NCBI GenBank assembly: GCA_037134195.1
Contig: JBAXMR010000008.1
Location: 1,141 to 65,140 of the forward strand
Length of the DNA: 64,000 bases
Reading direction: 5' to 3'
Source: Paludibacter sp.
Lineage (GTDB): Bacteria; Bacteroidota; Bacteroidia; Bacteroidales; Paludibacteraceae
Positions 17,922 through 27,282 of the stretch are shown piece after piece (positions within the stretch are counted from its first letter, which is position 1; every line of letters begins with the position of its first letter). A program made the translations under genes and the position numbers. The notes beneath the pieces were generated by a model. That model was given only the letters and a program-made list of their open reading frames with translations, was not told the origin of the DNA and did not search any database.

Positions 17922-19706
17922 TTATTTCTGCATTTTTTGGATAATTACCGTACCATCGTAATTAACTACCTGTACGATGTATAAACCTGTTTGCAAATTT
18001 GAAGTGTTTAATTTTGAGACATTAGCCTGAACATACTGTCTAACTCCTGCCAAGTCAAATACAGAAATGCTCTTGACTAAATTCGGCAAATAAATCATGT
18101 CAGTAAACGGATTTGGATAAGCAAAAGTTGAATTTTTCAGTATTTCGTTAACTGCAGTAGGGCCATCATATTCATAAGCACCTGCATCTTTGCTTGCTCC
18201 TATTTTGGCTATTCCTCTAATATCCAATGCTGGAACCAGATTCAACCCGTTTAACAAAAATTCAGCTTTTCCAAATTCGATGGCCAACGAACCTTGGTTT
18301 AATTTGAGATAGGGAACTCCTGTTGCAGGTACAGTTAAGACGGAATCCAGTTTTACGATGTTATTTAATTTACCTACTGAATCTGTGGTAAGATGAACAG
18401 CAGTACTAAGCGAACCTCCAAACCCATCAAAAACACTTCCGGTAATGTTCAAAGATTTATAAAGTTGTGTTGGTTTTGTTAAGTTAACAACTAACCCGTA
18501 ACCCCAGTATTTTAGTAAAGTTGGATCCCACACTCTATCCTGTACAATATTATTGATAAAGCTAAAATCAACGCCTAGGTCATTGAAAAACAAACTAGAT
18601 TTTGCAGCAGTAGGATTGCTGGGTCCATTTTTAAAAAATGTGTTGTTGATAAAACTGATAGTTCCGTTTAATCCATTTTCACTCCCGCCTGTAATTATAA
18701 AAGCTGTACCATGTGTAGCATTGCAATAGTTTGCATAAAAAGTATTATTTACAAACTGTAAATTCACTTTACCTGCAGTAGTTGCAAAACTACCTACTTT
18801 GTCAATCAAAATTGCACCACCAGATCCATACGCATAATTTTTACTAAAAGTGGAGTTGGTTATTTTCAGTTTTGCATCACAACCTGCATAAAGTCTGAAA
18901 GCGATTGCACCGCCTGCAGGTGATTTTGTATTCAAAGTCATATCATCGTTGGATGTATTTGAATCAAAATAGCATTTATTGATGGTTACATTGGCAGTTT
19001 GAGATTCGACTTTCAATGCACCACCAAATTTATAGTCGTGCGTTCCATCTTGTGTACTGTTTGCTTTAAATGTACAACTTTCAAAATTAGCAATACCTGT
19101 TCCCTGAACACATACTGCTGCGCCATGTGACGAAATACAATTTTGGAATAAAACATTTGTACAATTTAATGTACCAGTTGAGTAAATTGCACCGCCTCCA
19201 CGTAAAGCCAAGTTTGCGTTTTCTACATTTACATTCTCAAGTGTAAGTGTTGCAGTAGAACTTACATTAAACATACCTCCCCAATAGTCTGTTTTACCAG
19301 TTGCAAATGCATATTGACTATTCCGAATGGTCATATTCTTTATGGAAAGACTTCCTGTTCCGGTAATAGCAAAAAATTGAGGAGTCTCTGAACCTCTGGC
19401 AATATCATCGGCAGTTAAACCTTCAATAATTACATTGTCTTTGGTTGATCCGGCAGTTCCCTGAAGCGTTACATTGACAGTTACGGTTGCCTTTGCTAAA
19501 ACTGCATGGGTAGTGGCTGCTAAAACTACGGTGCAACCATCTGTCCATTTAGTAGCATTGAGTGACATCCATGGAGATGATGAACTGGTTCCTTCATTTG
19601 CATCATTTGCATTAGTAGAATTTGGGTCAACATAAAATGTTGTTTGAGATTGTATTGACAACACGGGTATCAATACCATTAACAGAAGGTAAAATTTTTG
19701 TTTCAT
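17922..19706 (-). CDS. Pmp-like (GGAI / FxxN repeat) beta-helix surface protein with T9SS CTD
   Basis: 594 aa with a signal peptide. Repeated GGA(I/L) units occur (GGAIYSTG, GGALKVES, GGAIAFRL, GGAILID). FxxN units also recur (FKAN, FDSN, FSKN, FVNN, FYAN, FINN, FFKN). The CTD reads AYPNPFTDMIYL..ISVFDLAGV..GLYIVQVVNYDGTVIIQKMQK. Confidence 0.75.
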   Translation of the reverse strand: MKQKFYLLLMVLIPVLSIQSQTTFYVDPNSTNANDANEGTSSSSPWMSLNATKWTDGCTVVLAATTHAVLAKATVTVNVTLQGTAGSTKDNVIIEGLTADDIARGSETPQFFAITGTGSLSIKNMTIRNSQYAFATGKTDYWGGMFNVSSTATLTLENVNVENANLALRGGGAIYSTGTLNCTNVLFQNCISSHGAAVCVQGTGIANFESCTFKANSTQDGTHDYKFGGALKVESQTANVTINKCYFDSNTSNDDMTLNTKSPAGGAIAFRLYAGCDAKLKITNSTFSKNYAYGSGGAILIDKVGSFATTAGKVNLQFVNNTFYANYCNATHGTAFIITGGSENGLNGTISFINNTFFKNGPSNPTAAKSSLFFNDLGVDFSFINNIVQDRVWDPTLLKYWGYGLVVNLTKPTQLYKSLNITGSVFDGFGGSLSTAVHLTTDSVGKLNNIVKLDSVLTVPATGVPYLKLNQGSLAIEFGKAEFLLNGLNLVPALDIRGIAKIGASKDAGAYEYDGPTAVNEILKNSTFAYPNPFTDMIYLPNLVKSISVFDLAGVRQYVQANVSKLNTSNLQTGLYIVQVVNYDGTVIIQKMQK

Positions 19707-19772
19707 ACTGAATTAGAATTAATTATTAATATTATTTGATAGTTCAAAAAAACATTATCTATTTTGACACTG

Positions 19773-19838
19773 CAAAGATATTTTAATGTACTTATTTTAA
19801 TAATCTCAGAATTCCCAAAAAACATATCATTTGTAACA
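19773..19838 (-). promoter_or_regulatory. 66-bp conserved promoter module, copy 3 (upstream of 17922..19706)
   Basis: The minus strand reads TGTTACAAAT, N7, TTTTTGGG AAT TCTGAGATTAT, N19, TATCTTTG. Spacing is identical to copies 1 and 2. Confidence 0.65.
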
Positions 19839-19989
19839 TTACTGGATTATATGATACTCCCTTTTCTTAGGACAGTTTTAGCAGCAAGTTAAGATATTTA
19901 TTTTTGCTGCAAGTTTGGTTTTGCTCGGACAAAACGGGAAATAACTTTTTTGGCCGCCCCTGCGAGCCATGAAAAAAGTTATTCTCGTT

Positions 19990-20850
19990 TTAGGCCGCTA
20001 ATTGATAAACATCTTTGGGTGTTTTATATTCTAAGGATTGATGCAATCTTTCGTTGTTGTAAAAACTAAAATAGTCATTCAATCCTTTCCACAAAGATAA
20101 TCCATTTTCGTATACATTCAAATACACGTTTTCGTACTTTACGCTTCGCCATAATCTTTCTATAAAGATATTGTCCAACGCTCGTCCTTTGCCATCCATT
20201 GATATTTTTATCTCGTTTGATTTCAACTCTTTGATAAATACTTCACTTGTAAATTGGCTGCCCTGATCAGTATTGAAAATCTCTGGTTTTCCATGTAGTT
20301 CTATCGCTTGTTTTAGTACTTCTGTACACCATTCAGCACTCATGGTATTGGATAACGACCAATGAATAACATATCGACTGTGTAAGTCGATAATTGCCGT
20401 GAGATACATAAATCCCTTTTCCATTGGAATGTACGTGATATCCATTGCCCAAACCTGATTGCGTCTTATAATTTTCAATCCTTTTAAAAGATATGGATAC
20501 TTGTAATGAGTTTTGTTGCTGATAGTTGTTCTGGGTTCACGATAAATAGTTTGCCAGTTTACTTTTTTCATCAATCGTCTCACGCGCTTTACACTTACGG
20601 GGTATCCTGCAACTTGCAGCAAAGCAGTCAATCGCAATACACCATAAAATGGAGTGCTGAAATACTGTTCGTCCAACCAGCGCATGATAGCTAAATTTTG
20701 TTCCGATTCGCCAACCGGAACATAATAGAAACTACTTCTGTGTAATGAAAGAAGATTACATTGAACCGTTATACTCAATTGCTTATGATTAGGTTCGATT
20801 AAATCTCTTCGTTCAGTTCTACCTCTTAGAGCAACTTTTTTTTTAGAAAA
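19990..20850 (-). CDS. IS3 transposase orfB (rve integrase core), expressed by -1 frameshift from orfA
   Basis: The track ORF 19990..20778 starts at an internal TTG. The same frame stays open upstream to 20850 and crosses the A9 run (T9 on the plus strand, 20836-20844). Sequence includes ..WAMDITYIPM..YLTAIIDLHSRY..FNTDQGSQFTS.. Confidence 0.85.
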   Translation of the reverse strand, partial: FSKKKVALRGRTERRDLIEPNHKQLSITVQCNLLSLHRSSFYYVPVGESEQNLAIMRWLDEQYFSTPFYGVLRLTALLQVAGYPVSVKRVRRLMKKVNWQTIYREPRTTISNKTHYKYPYLLKGLKIIRRNQVWAMDITYIPMEKGFMYLTAIIDLHSRYVIHWSLSNTMSAEWCTEVLKQAIELHGKPEIFNTDQGSQFTSEVFIKELKSNEIKISMDGKGRALDNIFIERLWRSVKYENVYLNVYENGLSLWKGLNDYFSFYNNERLHQSLEYKTPKDVYQLAA

Positions 20851-21104
20851 TCATTTTCGACTTTCAATTGACCAATTTGAGCATATAAAACCTGAGTCTG
20901 ATTTGCAATCTCCTTATCATCGGCCACTTCATTTGAAAAAACATTGCTGAAATTTTTCAATGCCTGGCTGCGCCACATAGAAATCTGGGTCGGTTGAAGT
21001 TCATACTTTTTGGCTAAACTTTCTAATGTTTCGCGCTCCTTTAATGATTCTAAAACCACTTTCGCTTTAAATTCTTTACTGAATTTTCTCCTTGATGTTG
21101 ACAT
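20826..21104 (-). CDS. IS3 transposase orfA (HTH)
   Basis: 92 aa, MSTSRRKFSKEFKAKVVLESL..., ending ..FLKKKLL* on the slippery TTTCTAAAAAAAAAG. Confidence 0.85.
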   Translation of the reverse strand: MSTSRRKFSKEFKAKVVLESLKERETLESLAKKYELQPTQISMWRSQALKNFSNVFSNEVADDKEIANQTQVLYAQIGQLKVENDFLKKKLL

Positions 21105-21379
21105 AAAATTTTTGGTTTAAAGATAATACAATTATATCTTAGCTTTATGTCCAATTTTTGGGGAGTATCATATTATTCCTCAAAAATAACTAAGATATTT
21201 AAACGAACAGTATTTTTAAGATTGATATTCCTTACCAATTAGAACAATAATATTACAATTTGTATCAAAACTATCAGAATCTCTCATAATTAACAATCTT
21301 AGATTTGAAAAACTCAAAATAATCACTACTTTAGTCGCATAATTCAAAAAAATATATATAATAATAAAATGAAACACGC

Positions 21380-24300
21380 ATGAATCGTCAATTAATGCTT
21401 AAAATCAATTTTGTAATTACATTATTATTGTTTCAACAAACCGGTGTTGCAAAAGACTATAAAATCACCCAACTTTCGAGCAATGAGGGTTTATCGCAAC
21501 AAGATGTAGAATGTATTGTTCAGGATAAACAGGGCTTTATCTGGATAGGTACTTATGATGGTTTGAATAGATACGACGGAAACAATATATTGGTATACAG
21601 ACATATACCTAATGACAGCACTACAATAAGTGATAATCGAATTTTATGTATGGAAGAATGGGCTGAAAGGGGGGAATTATGGATTGGAACCGATGGAGGA
21701 TTAAACTGTTTTGATAAAAAGAGTCGAAAATTTAGATGCTATTTTGACACATACAAAAACAAAAACAGTTTTCCCGACAATCAAATCAATTGTTTAGACC
21801 TTGAAAAGAATAATTTATGGATTGGCACTACAGGAGTAAACAAAATAACATTTAATGCTGAAAACATAGAAAAAATTGAATACTATCCTTTAGAATATGC
21901 TGATAACACTACTTTGCAAAGAATAAATGACATCACACATGATATCAATGGAAACATATTAGTTGGAAGTAATGCTGGTTTATTTGTTAAAACCCATAAC
22001 AGTAATAAGTTTGAACCTGTAAAAGAAATTACCGGGTATATCCGACGATTTATCAAAGACAAGTCCGGAAATTTTTGGATTTTATCCTCTAATGGAATTT
22101 TATATTTCACTTTAGATTTACAAAAAAGATATAATTATCTTTCCAATCCAGAATGGATTAATTTTAAAGAAACTGATGTCAAAGACTTAAAGTACATACT
22201 TCCTATTTCAAATCAGCATTTCCTATCGGCCACATCAAATCAACTTTATTGGATATCCAAAATTGGAAATAACTATGTGTTAACAAATACAACCTTTACA
22301 GATAAAAATTTCTTTCGAAATAATGATATTAAAGCATTAATGCTTGACCGATCAAATAATGTTTGGATTACATCAGGAATGGATGGAATAGCCAAATTTG
22401 ATATTGCTGGCAAATCAATCAACTACTTAGCGCTAAACAATTCCATAGAAAATGACAAAATTCATATTCAAACCATTATAAAAGACTATAAAGAAAGAAT
22501 TTGGATTGGCTCAAACAAAGGTGTTTATATAAAAGATTCAAAGAGTGCCAAAAGCTTGAATTTAAAGAATATAGGCATGGGAGTTTTTGATTTATTGGAG
22601 GATAAAACACACGGTGTTTGGATAACCTCATTAAACGCAATCTCTTACCTACCAAACGGAGACGCCAACAAAATAGTTACTATAACAAAATTACCAAATT
22701 TTCCAAAAGAAGCCATAAACATTGATGGCCCAAATTCATCCTGTGTCGACTCACGGAATATAGTTTGGATAGGATTAAAAAAGGGGCTAATTCAAATTAG
22801 GAGAATAGCACAAAAAAACAATTCATTTGACATAAAGTTATTCAAGATATCACAAACAAATAATAATATCACCAAATTAGTATATGACAATAAAAATAAT
22901 ATTTTATTGATTGGGACAAAAAAACTCGGTTTGTTAAAGGCAACACTTAATAAGAATGGAGATATTGAAAGTATTAGCTCTATTAGCAAACTAAAACCTG
23001 GTAAACCTGAACATGTTTGGTCAATTTTTAAGGCTTATGATGATACATTTTACATTGGCACTGATTCCGGAATAAGAAAACTTATATCGACAAATGGAAA
23101 TCAATCGCTTGAGATAATCAGTTCGGACTATCGATTACAAACCTACAAAATTGCAGGAATTACGGGAGACGACAATAAAAATCTTTGGTTATCAACCAGT
23201 ATGGGATTACTTTGCTACAATTTAAATGACAGTACTGTAAAACAGTATTATAATACTGACGGATTATCAACAAATACGCTTACTGAAGGTTCACTTTATA
23301 ATGGTAATGGATTTTTATATATTGGAAGTATAAAGGGTGTTAATATTATAGATTTATCCACATTAAAGGCAAATAAAGCCGAACCGCAAACCGAACTAAT
23401 ATCGCTAAAAATCAATAACTTATTGACAAATCCTCTGGAAGAGATTAATGGTAGAGTTCTTCTGGATAAATCATTAGAAACAACTGATAAAATTAAATTA
23501 AAATACTTTGAAAATAATTTCACTTTCGAATTTGCCTCATTACATTTTAGCAATCCGGCAAAAAATAAGTATTCTTACCGATTGGTTGGTTTTAGCAACG
23601 ATTGGACAGAGGTGAATAACAGTATTCGTTCGGCCACTTTCACCAATGTGCCACCAGGCAAATATACACTGGAGGTTAAAAGTTCAAATTGCGATGGCGT
23701 TTGGAATGAAACTCCCAAAACTATGATTATTCAAATTAATCCTGCTCCATGGAATACCTTCTGGGCTTACCTTATCTATTTTATAATTGCTGTCTCAATA
23801 ATATATTTTATTTTAAAATATTATTTCGACCGTCAGAAACTAAAAAAAGAATTGCTAGAAGAACATTTTCAACACTCAAAAGACCTGGAAATTGCCGAAG
23901 TAAAACTTAAATATCATACCAATATAACGCATGAACTTCGCACTCCACTTTCACTCATTTCGGCTCCAACCGAAGAGCTTATTGCTAAATCATACAACGA
24001 TGATTTTTTAAATTCTCGACTTCAAATTATAAAAAGTAATGCTGACAGGCTTTTGCAACTAATAGGTCAGTTTCTCGATTTCCGAAAAGTAATCAATGAA
24101 AAATACACACTTTCTATTGCCAACAATAATCTGAATGAGTTGCTGTTGAACATCAAAGATAATTTTTCTCCTTCTGCCAAACTAAAACACATCAGCCTTG
24201 AACTATTTTATGATTTGAGCGAAAAGAACTATTGGTTTGATAAAGAAATGGTGAATAAAATATGTTATAATTTGCTTTCAAACGCGATTAAACATACACC

Positions 24301-25402
24301 AACCAAAGGAAAAATCTCCATTTATGCCTCTCAAAGTTCAGATGAAACGCGTGCTTTAATTTCTGTCGAAGATAATGGAGTTGGAATAGCTGAAAATGAA
24401 ATCGGCAAAATTTTTGAGCGGTTTTATCAGGTTCCAGGTTCGGTAGGTGGAACCGGCATTGGTTTAAATTTGTGCAAACACCTTGCTAATCTTCATTTGG
24501 GAGATATTACCGTAAAAAGCAGAGTTGGCGGAGGCACCATTTTTACATTGGAAATACCAATTGCAAAAGAAGCGTATAATGCTGACGTTATTTCTGAAAA
24601 ACATGTAGATACTGAAATCGAAAAACCAGAATTTATTCAGGAAATTGATGAAGAAATTGACACTAAACCGGTTATCCTCGTAATCGAAGATAATTTTGAA
24701 TTGAGAGATTACATTTTTAATTTTCTTTCAGACCATTACAATGTATTAGTGGCTGAAAACGGTGCAGAAGGATTGAAAATGGCCATAGAACACATACCAG
24801 ATATAATTATAAGCGACATCATGATGCCAGTAATGGATGGAATTGAGTTTACAGAAAATTGCAAGAACAATGTTAATACAAGTCATATTCCGGTGATTTT
24901 ACTTACCGCAAAAGCAAGTGAGGAAAGTCAGATTGAGGGACTTTCTTATGGTGCCGATGATTATATTACAAAACCATTTAATCCACAGATACTGAAACTA
25001 AAGGTCAATAATTTAATTAAACTTACCAAAAAAAGAAAGAAAGAAGTAAGTCAAAATATTGATAAACTGAACGAAAGAGAACAGAAGTTCATCAGTACTT
25101 TTGAACAAATTGTATTAGATAACTACTCAACACCTGATTTTGGCATTGACAAAATTTGCAATATGATGTTTATGTCGCGCATGCAATTATATCGTAAGAT
25201 GATGGCTATTGTCAACAAAAAACCATTGCAACTCATCAAAGAAATTAAGATGAAAAAGGCATTGGAATTGATGAAAGAAAAAGGCATGAATATAACCGAG
25301 ACAATGTATGAATTGGAATACACCAATTACACACATTTCACAAAGCAATTTACCGAAGTAAATGGAATTTCACCTCGAAAGGTGCTGGGAATGAAAGAGT
25401 GA
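21380..25402 (+). CDS. Hybrid two-component system sensor/regulator (HTCS)
   Basis: 1340 aa. The periplasmic part carries beta-propeller repeats (WIGT.. motifs) and a Y_Y_Y-type region, followed by a TM segment. Then come HisKA (HELRTPLSLI), HATPase (GTGIGLNL), a receiver (DIIISDIMMPVMDG) and a C-terminal AraC-type HTH. Confidence 0.9.
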   Translation: MNRQLMLKINFVITLLLFQQTGVAKDYKITQLSSNEGLSQQDVECIVQDKQGFIWIGTYDGLNRYDGNNILVYRHIPNDSTTISDNRILCMEEWAERGELWIGTDGGLNCFDKKSRKFRCYFDTYKNKNSFPDNQINCLDLEKNNLWIGTTGVNKITFNAENIEKIEYYPLEYADNTTLQRINDITHDINGNILVGSNAGLFVKTHNSNKFEPVKEITGYIRRFIKDKSGNFWILSSNGILYFTLDLQKRYNYLSNPEWINFKETDVKDLKYILPISNQHFLSATSNQLYWISKIGNNYVLTNTTFTDKNFFRNNDIKALMLDRSNNVWITSGMDGIAKFDIAGKSINYLALNNSIENDKIHIQTIIKDYKERIWIGSNKGVYIKDSKSAKSLNLKNIGMGVFDLLEDKTHGVWITSLNAISYLPNGDANKIVTITKLPNFPKEAINIDGPNSSCVDSRNIVWIGLKKGLIQIRRIAQKNNSFDIKLFKISQTNNNITKLVYDNKNNILLIGTKKLGLLKATLNKNGDIESISSISKLKPGKPEHVWSIFKAYDDTFYIGTDSGIRKLISTNGNQSLEIISSDYRLQTYKIAGITGDDNKNLWLSTSMGLLCYNLNDSTVKQYYNTDGLSTNTLTEGSLYNGNGFLYIGSIKGVNIIDLSTLKANKAEPQTELISLKINNLLTNPLEEINGRVLLDKSLETTDKIKLKYFENNFTFEFASLHFSNPAKNKYSYRLVGFSNDWTEVNNSIRSATFTNVPPGKYTLEVKSSNCDGVWNETPKTMIIQINPAPWNTFWAYLIYFIIAVSIIYFILKYYFDRQKLKKELLEEHFQHSKDLEIAEVKLKYHTNITHELRTPLSLISAPTEELIAKSYNDDFLNSRLQIIKSNADRLLQLIGQFLDFRKVINEKYTLSIANNNLNELLLNIKDNFSPSAKLKHISLELFYDLSEKNYWFDKEMVNKICYNLLSNAIKHTPTKGKISIYASQSSDETRALISVEDNGVGIAENEIGKIFERFYQVPGSVGGTGIGLNLCKHLANLHLGDITVKSRVGGGTIFTLEIPIAKEAYNADVISEKHVDTEIEKPEFIQEIDEEIDTKPVILVIEDNFELRDYIFNFLSDHYNVLVAENGAEGLKMAIEHIPDIIISDIMMPVMDGIEFTENCKNNVNTSHIPVILLTAKASEESQIEGLSYGADDYITKPFNPQILKLKVNNLIKLTKKRKKEVSQNIDKLNEREQKFISTFEQIVLDNYSTPDFGIDKICNMMFMSRMQLYRKMMAIVNKKPLQLIKEIKMKKALELMKEKGMNITETMYELEYTNYTHFTKQFTEVNGISPRKVLGMKE

Positions 25403-25411
25403 AAAAACCTA

Positions 25412-25442
25412 AATATCCCTACAAATAATTTGCAGGGATATT
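25412..25442. terminator. Bidirectional terminator hairpin between convergent HTCS and GH2
   Basis: AATATCCCTACAAA, a TAA loop, then TTTGCAGGGATATT. 13 of 14 positions pair. Confidence 0.55.
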
Positions 25443-25466
25443 CTATTCAAACAATAATAAAACAGT

Positions 25467-27251
25467 TTATTTTGTTTTTAATTTCTTTGCATAATACTCA
25501 TGCATTACAAACCATGCTTTTTTGTATAAACCTTTGTCTGAAATAATTCCTTTCCGGTTCCACTCCTGCTGATTTCGTTGATGAAGACGATAAGGCGATC
25601 TGAAATCAACCATTACCCAAGGCGACACTCCACACAAGTTAGGGATGCCTTCGAACATTTCAATATGATCTTTATAGAGTTTTTCCTGATAGACTTCGCT
25701 CCACGATGAAGCTACATCTGCACTCCCACTTTGACCATAAAGAGCTTCGCAACCAAATTCGGAATAAATAAGCGGTTTATCCAAACACAATTCCCATTTT
25801 ATCGCTTTTGGAGCAACAGGCCATGGAGTGTACCAGCCAAAATACTTATTAATAGAAATTACATCCAATAGTCCAATCAAGGGGTCTGAGAATCTCAAAG
25901 TTTGATTTGAAGCATCGTATTTTGTGTTATCAAAAGCGATTGTTATTAGCCGGGTATTATCAAGCGAACGGCACAACCGAATATAGTCAGAAAGTACCTC
26001 ATTTCGTTGTATAGTTGAAGGTTGAGTTTCATTGGCTACACTCCAAAGAATGATAGCACAACGATTTTTATCACGGGCTATCATTTCATGCAACAGTTGT
26101 TCTCCCAATGATTTAACTTTAGGATTTTTGAATTCAATATTTTGCCATAACGGAATTTCCTCCCAAAGCATAATACCCATTTCTTCTGCCATTTTTACCA
26201 TTATTTCGCTGGCTGGATAATGCGTAAGACGCACAAAATTGCAACCAAGTTTTTTTGCTTCATTTAACAAATAAGCGGCATCACCACTTGAATAGGCACG
26301 TCCTTGTCTTTGTGAAATTTCGTCGTGTACATTTATTCCTGCCAAAAACACCTTCTTTCCATTGAGCAGTATGTCCGATCCCTTAACCTCCACAGTTCTA
26401 AACCCTATTTTCTCTTCTATTTGTTCAACATTTGTAGAAAATATGACTTTATAAAGTTTTGGTATATCAGGTGACCAACGCATCGGTTTTGCAGAAAATT
26501 CGATACTACCAAAACCCGTAGAGTCTGTTGAAATCTGTTGTTTTATGGAAAGTTCCGGTATCTCAACTGTTACTTTTTGCATTTTTAGTTTACCTGACAA
26601 TTGAACTTTTGCAAGAATTTTAGCCTCGTTCTTTTGGGACAATTGAACCGTGTAATCATGAATATATACGGTTGGGGTTTCAACAAGTGACACATCGCGT
26701 GTAATGCCACCATAATTCCACCAATCATAAATTAGCCCGGGAATGTTATCCGATTTGCGTGCACTATTTACTTCAACAACGACAAAATTTATACCCTGTT
26801 TCACTTTATCAGTAATGTCAAATTGAAAGGGAGTAAAACCGCCTTCGTGTTGACCAATTTTCTCACCATTGAGATAAACAGTTGCCAAATAATTTACAGC
26901 ACCAAAATGAATAAAATAACGTTTTTCGGGCAATTTTAGACATTCAAAATCACGTTTGTACCAAACTGTGCTTTCGTAATACTTTAATTCAGGGCTTTGA
27001 GAGTTCCAGTCTCCCGGAACATCCAAGCGCAAGCCATCACCAAAAGAATATTCCTTAAATTGCGTATTTGTTTCCGGTTTTTTATTTTCATATACCCTAT
27101 TCATTTTACCGTATGAATACAAGTCAATAATTGCATCCCATTTACCATTCAATGAAACTTGTTTTCTGCCCGTAATATTTGTCATTGTGGACTGAGCTGA
27201 AATGTAATACGCAAGCAAAAAAAACAATATCGACAAATTATATCTTTTCAT
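25467..27251 (-). CDS. Glycoside hydrolase family 2 (beta-glucuronidase/beta-galactosidase-like)
   Basis: Motifs are NFVRLTHYP, WSVANE and YSEFG. I place the start at MKRYNLSILFF (27251) because the track's longer start overlaps the upstream GH27 gene. Confidence 0.85.
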   Translation of the reverse strand: MKRYNLSILFFLLAYYISAQSTMTNITGRKQVSLNGKWDAIIDLYSYGKMNRVYENKKPETNTQFKEYSFGDGLRLDVPGDWNSQSPELKYYESTVWYKRDFECLKLPEKRYFIHFGAVNYLATVYLNGEKIGQHEGGFTPFQFDITDKVKQGINFVVVEVNSARKSDNIPGLIYDWWNYGGITRDVSLVETPTVYIHDYTVQLSQKNEAKILAKVQLSGKLKMQKVTVEIPELSIKQQISTDSTGFGSIEFSAKPMRWSPDIPKLYKVIFSTNVEQIEEKIGFRTVEVKGSDILLNGKKVFLAGINVHDEISQRQGRAYSSGDAAYLLNEAKKLGCNFVRLTHYPASEIMVKMAEEMGIMLWEEIPLWQNIEFKNPKVKSLGEQLLHEMIARDKNRCAIILWSVANETQPSTIQRNEVLSDYIRLCRSLDNTRLITIAFDNTKYDASNQTLRFSDPLIGLLDVISINKYFGWYTPWPVAPKAIKWELCLDKPLIYSEFGCEALYGQSGSADVASSWSEVYQEKLYKDHIEMFEGIPNLCGVSPWVMVDFRSPYRLHQRNQQEWNRKGIISDKGLYKKAWFVMHEYYAKKLKTK

Positions 27252-27282
27252 AACAAATTGACCATTAATAATAAATGAGTTT

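Larger units (their letters stand above)
19852..21170 (-). mobile_element. IS3-family insertion sequence, apparently intact
   Basis: The termini TGATACTCCC (19852-19861) and GGGAGTATCA (21161-21170) are inverted repeats, and the match extends to 13 bp (ATATGATACTCCC). orfA and orfB overlap at an A9G slippery run. Confidence 0.85.

Noticed and set aside
21171-21379. Looked for the 66-bp promoter module upstream of the HTCS gene, since TATTACAATT at about 21253 resembles the palindrome.
   Set aside because: The palindrome has two mismatches. Spacing to the only TAnnTTTG candidate (TAGATTTG near 21299-21306) is 39 nt, not 48 or 28, and there are no tandem 9-mers.
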